Source of the DNA: Octopus sinensis
Taxonomy: Eukaryota
Reading direction: 5' to 3'
NCBI RefSeq assembly: GCF_006345805.1
Contig: NW_021834766.1
Location: 1-26,504 of the forward strand
DNA: 26,504 nucleotides
The notes under the pieces are model-generated. The model was not told the origin of the DNA, did not search any database, and saw only the letters and a list, made by a program, of their open reading frames with translations. The translations under genes were made by a program, and so were the position numbers. Positions 21,681-26,504 of this stretch are shown piece after piece; position 1 is the first letter of the stretch, and each line of letters begins with the position of its first letter.

Positions 21681-22031
21681 TACATACACAATACATATAT
21701 ATATATTTGTATATGGTTTGTTCTACTATTTTAGTTTGCGATTTGTCTTCATTTGGGAAATGTTTCGATACAGTAGAAGGTAAATTCCTCCTACGTAGAA
21801 ATCTCTTTATTATGGGGATGTCAACAACTAGATGACATTTCTGATTCATGATAGGAAATACAAAAGTTCACGTGAATTGAGATTTATTTACCGCACCTCA
21901 CCAGTGGGCGATAACAGGCAACGCTATACATATATACATACATGCATACATACATACAGAAACACACATGTATGTGTATAGGTGAATCTATATATTTAAT
22001 ATCTATCTATCTGAGTATCTATCTATTATCA

Positions 22032-22125
<94 letters not shown>

Positions 22126-22140
22126 CATTAACATGGTTAC
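20875..22140. repeat. microsatellite fields (TG, TA, CA, TATC) with unique spacers 21451-21590 and 21711-21925
   Basis: direct reading. Confidence 0.93.
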
Positions 22141-22540
22141 TTGTATATATACATACATGTGTGTGTCTTGATATCAGGTTATTCCCTCTTTTTTCATCTA
22201 TTTTACTAAACTACAAACGCAATGCCAGTCAGTTTTGTTAGGAACATCAACTGTCTTCGTGTTGTTGGTAAGAAAAAGAATTTTTTTTTTCCTGTAAGCA
22301 ATAGCGTAAATCTCTCCTCAATGAAAATTCTATAATCTTAATCTTTTCATACGATGTCGATTTTCTGTGGCTATAATTTATCTTTAGCTATAGCTACAAA
22401 CCTGTGAAACACAATATAGTCCCGATTCGATGATAAATAAGGTCGGCAATTTATCATTCTTTCAGTTTGCTTCTATAATAAGTGTTACGAAATTATACAA
22501 GAAAATTAACGAGTTCTTGTTATTAGTGAGATAGATTAAA

Positions 22541-23295
22541 TTGGTGAACTGCCAAAATCGTTAGCATGCCGGGTAAAAATGTTTACTGGTATTTCGTTCA
22601 CCTTTACATTCTGAGTTCAAATTCCACCGGAGTCAACTTTGCCACTCATCCTTTCCGAGACGGTAAATCAAATATGATTGAAGCACTGGGCTCGATCTAA
22701 TCGAATAGTTCCGACTTCCAAAATGATTTATTTGTTGGCAGAAACGTTAGCACGCCGGGCGAAATGCTTAGCAGTATTTCGTTTGCCGTTACGTTCTGAG
22801 TTCAAATTCCGCCAAGGTCGACTTTGCCTTTCATCCTTTCTTGGTCGATTAAATAAGTACCAGTTTCGCACTGGGGTCGATATAATCGACTTAATCCGTT
22901 TGTCTGTTCTTGTTTGTCCTCCCTTGTGGGTAATAAAGAAATAGGTATTTAGTCTGCCGCTACGTTCTGAGTTCAAATTCCACCGAGGTTGACTTTGCCT
23001 TTCATACTTTCGGGATCAATTAAATAAATACCAGTTACGCACTGGGGTCGATAATGTCGACTTAATCCGTTTGTCTGTCCTTGTTTGTCCTCTCTGTGTT
23101 TAGCCCCTTGTGGGTAGTAAAGAAATAGGTATTTCGTCTGTCTTTGTGTTCTGAGTTCAAATTCCACCGGAGTCAAATTTGCCTTTCATCCTTTCGGAGT
23201 CGGTAAATCAAATATGATTGAAACACTGGGGTCGATGTAATCGAATAGTTCCGACTTCCAAAATGATTTATTTGTTGGTGTTGAAATTGTCTTTT
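22541..23295 (+). mobile_element. composite: old Nin/Deu SINE interrupted by a 410-bp young tandem SINE insert, with 130-bp duplication of the old copy
   Basis: 22609-22738 and 23149-23278 are direct repeats (8 mismatches); insert 22739-23148. Confidence 0.92.
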
Positions 23296-23583
23296 GGGGA
23301 AAGCAGTAAAAAATTAGAACAACGATATTTGGCAATGAAAATATGTTATTCCAGAAACTAAAAAAATTTAGGTCACTTACTGTGAGCAGATAAATCTACG
23401 ATTTAAATATTAGTAAATGTATAATTTATTGGGGGGAAAATCGATCATTTATTTGCAGTGCAAATGTAAGTTCGTTTAAAATGAAATTAGTCATGTTAAA
23501 GTTCGGGACATATATACAACGAATCGAAGATTTAATCAACTACTTCTGTCACACGAAAATAGCACCAAATTTAGAAAAAAAAA

Positions 23584-23637
<54 letters not shown>

Positions 23638-24212
23638 GAGGCAGCAAGCTGGCAGAAACGTTGGCACGCCGGGCGAAATGCTTAGCAGTATTTCGTCTGC
23701 CGTTACGTTCTGAGTTCAAATTCTGCCGAGGTCAACTTTGCCTTTCATCCTTTCGGGGTCAATACATTAAGTACCAGTTACGCATTAAGGTTGACGTAAT
23801 AGACTTAATCCCTTTGTCCTTGTTCGTCTCCTCTGTGTTTACCCTCTTGTGGGTAGTAAAGAAATAGGTATTTCGTCTGCCGTTACGTTCTGAGTTCAAA
23901 TTCCGCCGAGGTTGACTTTGCCTTTCATCCTTCGGGGTCAATTAAATAAGTACCAGTTACGCACTGGGGTCGGTATAATCGACTTAATCCGTTTGTCTGT
24001 CCTTGTTTGTCCTCTCTGTGAATAGCCCCTTGTGGGTAGTAAAAGAAATAGGTATTTCACCCGTCATTATGTTCTGAGTTCAAATTCCGTCGTGGTCGAC
24101 TTTACCATTCATCCTTTCGGTGGCGATAAATTAAGTACCAGTTGCGTACTGGGTCGATCTAATCGGCTCATCCCCTACCCCCAAATTGCTGCCCTTGTGG
24201 AAAGATTTGAAT
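23638..24212 (+). mobile_element. tandem Nin/Deu SINE array: head, 180-bp unit, 184-bp unit, terminal unit
   Basis: units start 23688, 23868, 24052; flanked by (ATT)n 23584-23637 and (ATC/ATT)n 24213-24311. Confidence 0.95.
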
Positions 24213-24237
24213 TTATCATCATCATCATCACATCATC

Positions 24238-24308
<71 letters not shown>

Positions 24309-24312
24309 CATT

Positions 24313-24415
24313 GTGACGTATATTTGCCATTTCAATATGGCTACCCTAAGGGCTAAAAACTACAGTAGCATCCACCCTTAGGGGTAGCCATATTGAAATG
24401 GCAAATATACGTCAC
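24313..24415. other. 103-bp foldback: 40/41-bp inverted arms, 22-nt loop
   Basis: GTGACGTATATTTGCCATTTCAATATGGCTACCC (34 bp) pairs perfectly with 24382-24415; one extra G in the right arm, then 6 more pairs. Confidence 0.93.
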
Positions 24416-24456
24416 GATGTGTTACCGCTACTGTATATAACTCACTTTGATATTTA

Positions 24457-24526
24457 TCATTATTATTATCATTATTATCATTATTATTATAATTATTATC
24501 ATTATTATTATTATTATAATTATTAC

Positions 24527-24565
<39 letters not shown>

Positions 24566-24586
24566 TATCATTATTATCATTATTTA
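24457..24586. repeat. (ATT/ATC/ACT)n microsatellite
   Basis: direct reading. Confidence 0.96.
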
Positions 24587-25047
24587 GTACACTTGTTACA
24601 CTTATATTCCTTGTGTTCTTTTACTCCGATATCGCAAGCATCTCCGTGTTCCATTTTGAAATTATTCCAATGTCTTCATTTCATTCTGTTCTGTCTTTCA
24701 ATTGTACAAGACTTACTCTACGCATTATTCCATGCAATATGTAGTAGCGCTATACACTCTTAGCTAACTGTACTACATAAGGAAATAGAATCAATATTCC
24801 AGCTATTCTAGTAATAATTTATAGTCACATTATTCTAAACATCACATTAAATTAGTAACGAAAATATAAATTGCATTTAGGTATCCACAGAAAGACCACC
24901 CTCCAGGTAGTTCTCTGCAACTTGCTGAATTTTATTTATGCATTTGATTTCCAATTTGTGCAATTTTTCTGATATTTTTACTTCTAATTTCCTTTTTGCC
25001 GCCTTTATTCGTCTGATAGTACTTTGTAAATAATGTTAGAATAATAT

Positions 25048-25328
25048 CTATTTCTTTACTACACATAATAGGCCAAACACAGGGAGGACAAACAAGGATA
25101 GACAAATGGTTTAAGTCGATTATATTGACCACAGTGCGTAACTGGTACTTATTTAATCGACCCCGATAGGATGAAAGGCAAAGGCGACCTCGGCGGAATT
25201 TGAACTTAGAACGTAACGGCTGACAAAATACCTGTTTCTTTATTACCCACAAGGGGCTAAACACAGAGACGACAAACAAGGACAGACAAACGGATTAAGT
25301 CGACTTTATCGACCCCAGTGCGAAACTG
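25048..25328 (-). mobile_element. 5'-truncated tandem Nin/Deu SINE array (partial unit plus 184-bp unit)
   Basis: junction at 25231/25232; unit 25048-25231. Confidence 0.92.
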
Positions 25329-25374
25329 TATATATGTGTATATATATAAGTATATGTATGTATGTGTGTGTGTT

Positions 25375-25416
<42 letters not shown>

Positions 25417-25438
25417 GTGAGAAAGAGAGAGAGAGAAG

Positions 25439-25521
<83 letters not shown>
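25329..25521. repeat. compound microsatellite block (TA/TG)(GA)(GATA), duplicated at about 26280-26420
   Basis: shared unique linkers TATAAGTAT and TATGAAGTGAGA...GAGAAGTAGATAG. Confidence 0.9.
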
Positions 25522-26035
25522 GAGAAACTGTGTACAGTTGTGGAAATCAGCTGCCCAACAGATGTTAACACCTATACTGAACTATTGAGAAATCTGCAGT
25601 TACTCTATCCAGATTAAAAGGTCAGGTTTATACCTGTAATTATTGGGGTCCTGAGATGTGTAAACACACTGCCTAACTACCAAACTTGAGAAATTAGGCT
25701 TCTCAAAACCAGAAAGTAGAAATCTAATTCAAAGACTACTGATCCAATCCATCAACGGAACTGTAAAAATCTGTAAAACATTCCAAAAGTTTATCATTTA
25801 AATATATACATGAGCATATCGTGATATGCAACTATATGCATGAGAATACATACATAAAACAAAACATAAATAATACATACATACATATTGCATGCATGCA
25901 TGCATGCATGCATGCATACATACAAAACTACCATGTTCTTTATGTTGAAATTCCAATGAAGGAGTCTTCTTAGATCTAGTTTAGAAAACGGTTCTTCTTA
26001 TTGGCAAGAAATCTTGAAATAAAACAACTGAATAA
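25522..26035 (+). pseudogene. 5'-truncated RLE-type (R4/Dong-like) LINE: endonuclease C-terminus plus 3' UTR
   Basis: EKLCTVVEISCPTDVNTYTELLRNLQLLYPD*KVRFIPVIIGVL then frameshift to LTTKLEKLGFSKPESRNLIQRLLIQSINGTVKICKTFQKFII* (stop 25799-25801); ExxCPxD and FIPVIIG are RLE-domain motifs; putative 3' UTR ends AAATAAAACAACTGAATAA. Confidence 0.85.
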
Positions 26036-26044
26036 GGACGTACA

Positions 26045-26081
26045 TGAATGCATCATACATACATATGCATATGTATACATC

Positions 26082-26115
<34 letters not shown>

Positions 26116-26420
26116 TATATATATATATATATACATAACATACACGCGCACACACATATAGCACCATATATATACATACACACACATATATGCACATATA
26201 TACAAATATATACGTATCCAGATATATATGTAGTGTTACACACAATATATATATATATATATACGCATACAATGTATACTTGTATATATGTGTTATATAT
26301 AAGTATAATATGTATGTTGTGGGTTTTGTATATATATATTACTATATATATATATGAAGTGAGAGAGAGAGAGAGAGAGAGAGAAGTAGATAGATAGATA
26401 GATAGATAAATAGATAAATA
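26045..26420. repeat. (TA)n, (CA)n, (GA)n, (GATA)n microsatellite field
   Basis: direct reading. Confidence 0.96.
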
Positions 26421-26504
26421 GAAGATAGTCTCTTTGTCTCTCTTCCTTTGGCTCTCTCTCACAAATTCACAGTACAGTTTATTCAGTATCACAGTATCAG
26501 TCTA

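Noticed and set aside
21735-21779. 45-nt plus-strand segment with plausible acceptor and AAG|GTAAAT donor
   Set aside because: Opposite strand to the other exon candidates, no coherent gene model, and expected by chance in 26 kb.
25322-25531. GAAACTGT on both sides of the microsatellite block as a possible TSD
   Set aside because: The left copy is mostly SINE sequence and the right copy is LINE coding sequence (E-K-L-C), so it is likely coincidence.

Overview
No convincing protein-coding gene, tRNA or rRNA gene is visible. This is AT-rich, microsatellite-saturated eukaryotic intronic or intergenic DNA. Its repeat families look like those of an octopus (coleoid cephalopod) genome; that is inferred from recognised motifs, not verified by search. 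Most ORF-track entries are microsatellite artefacts (poly-Ile, Tyr-Ile) or SINE read-throughs. Supported content: many tRNA-derived SINEs of at least three types (Nin/Deu-core, CORE-like with an internal microsatellite, V/Meta-like); three relics of restriction-like-endonuclease (R4/Dong-type) LINEs; one Tc1/mariner MITE; weaker RTE and BEL/Pao relics; and three inverted-repeat structures. The most striking pattern is a Nin-core SINE in head-less tandem units (mostly 184 bp) joined at the same nucleotide (AAAGAAATAG|GTATTT) eight times at five separate loci on both strands. One such array is bracketed by a 130-bp duplication of a resident SINE. Also notable: a 74-bp locally templated insertion, a 22-bp-stem hairpin and a 40-bp-arm foldback.
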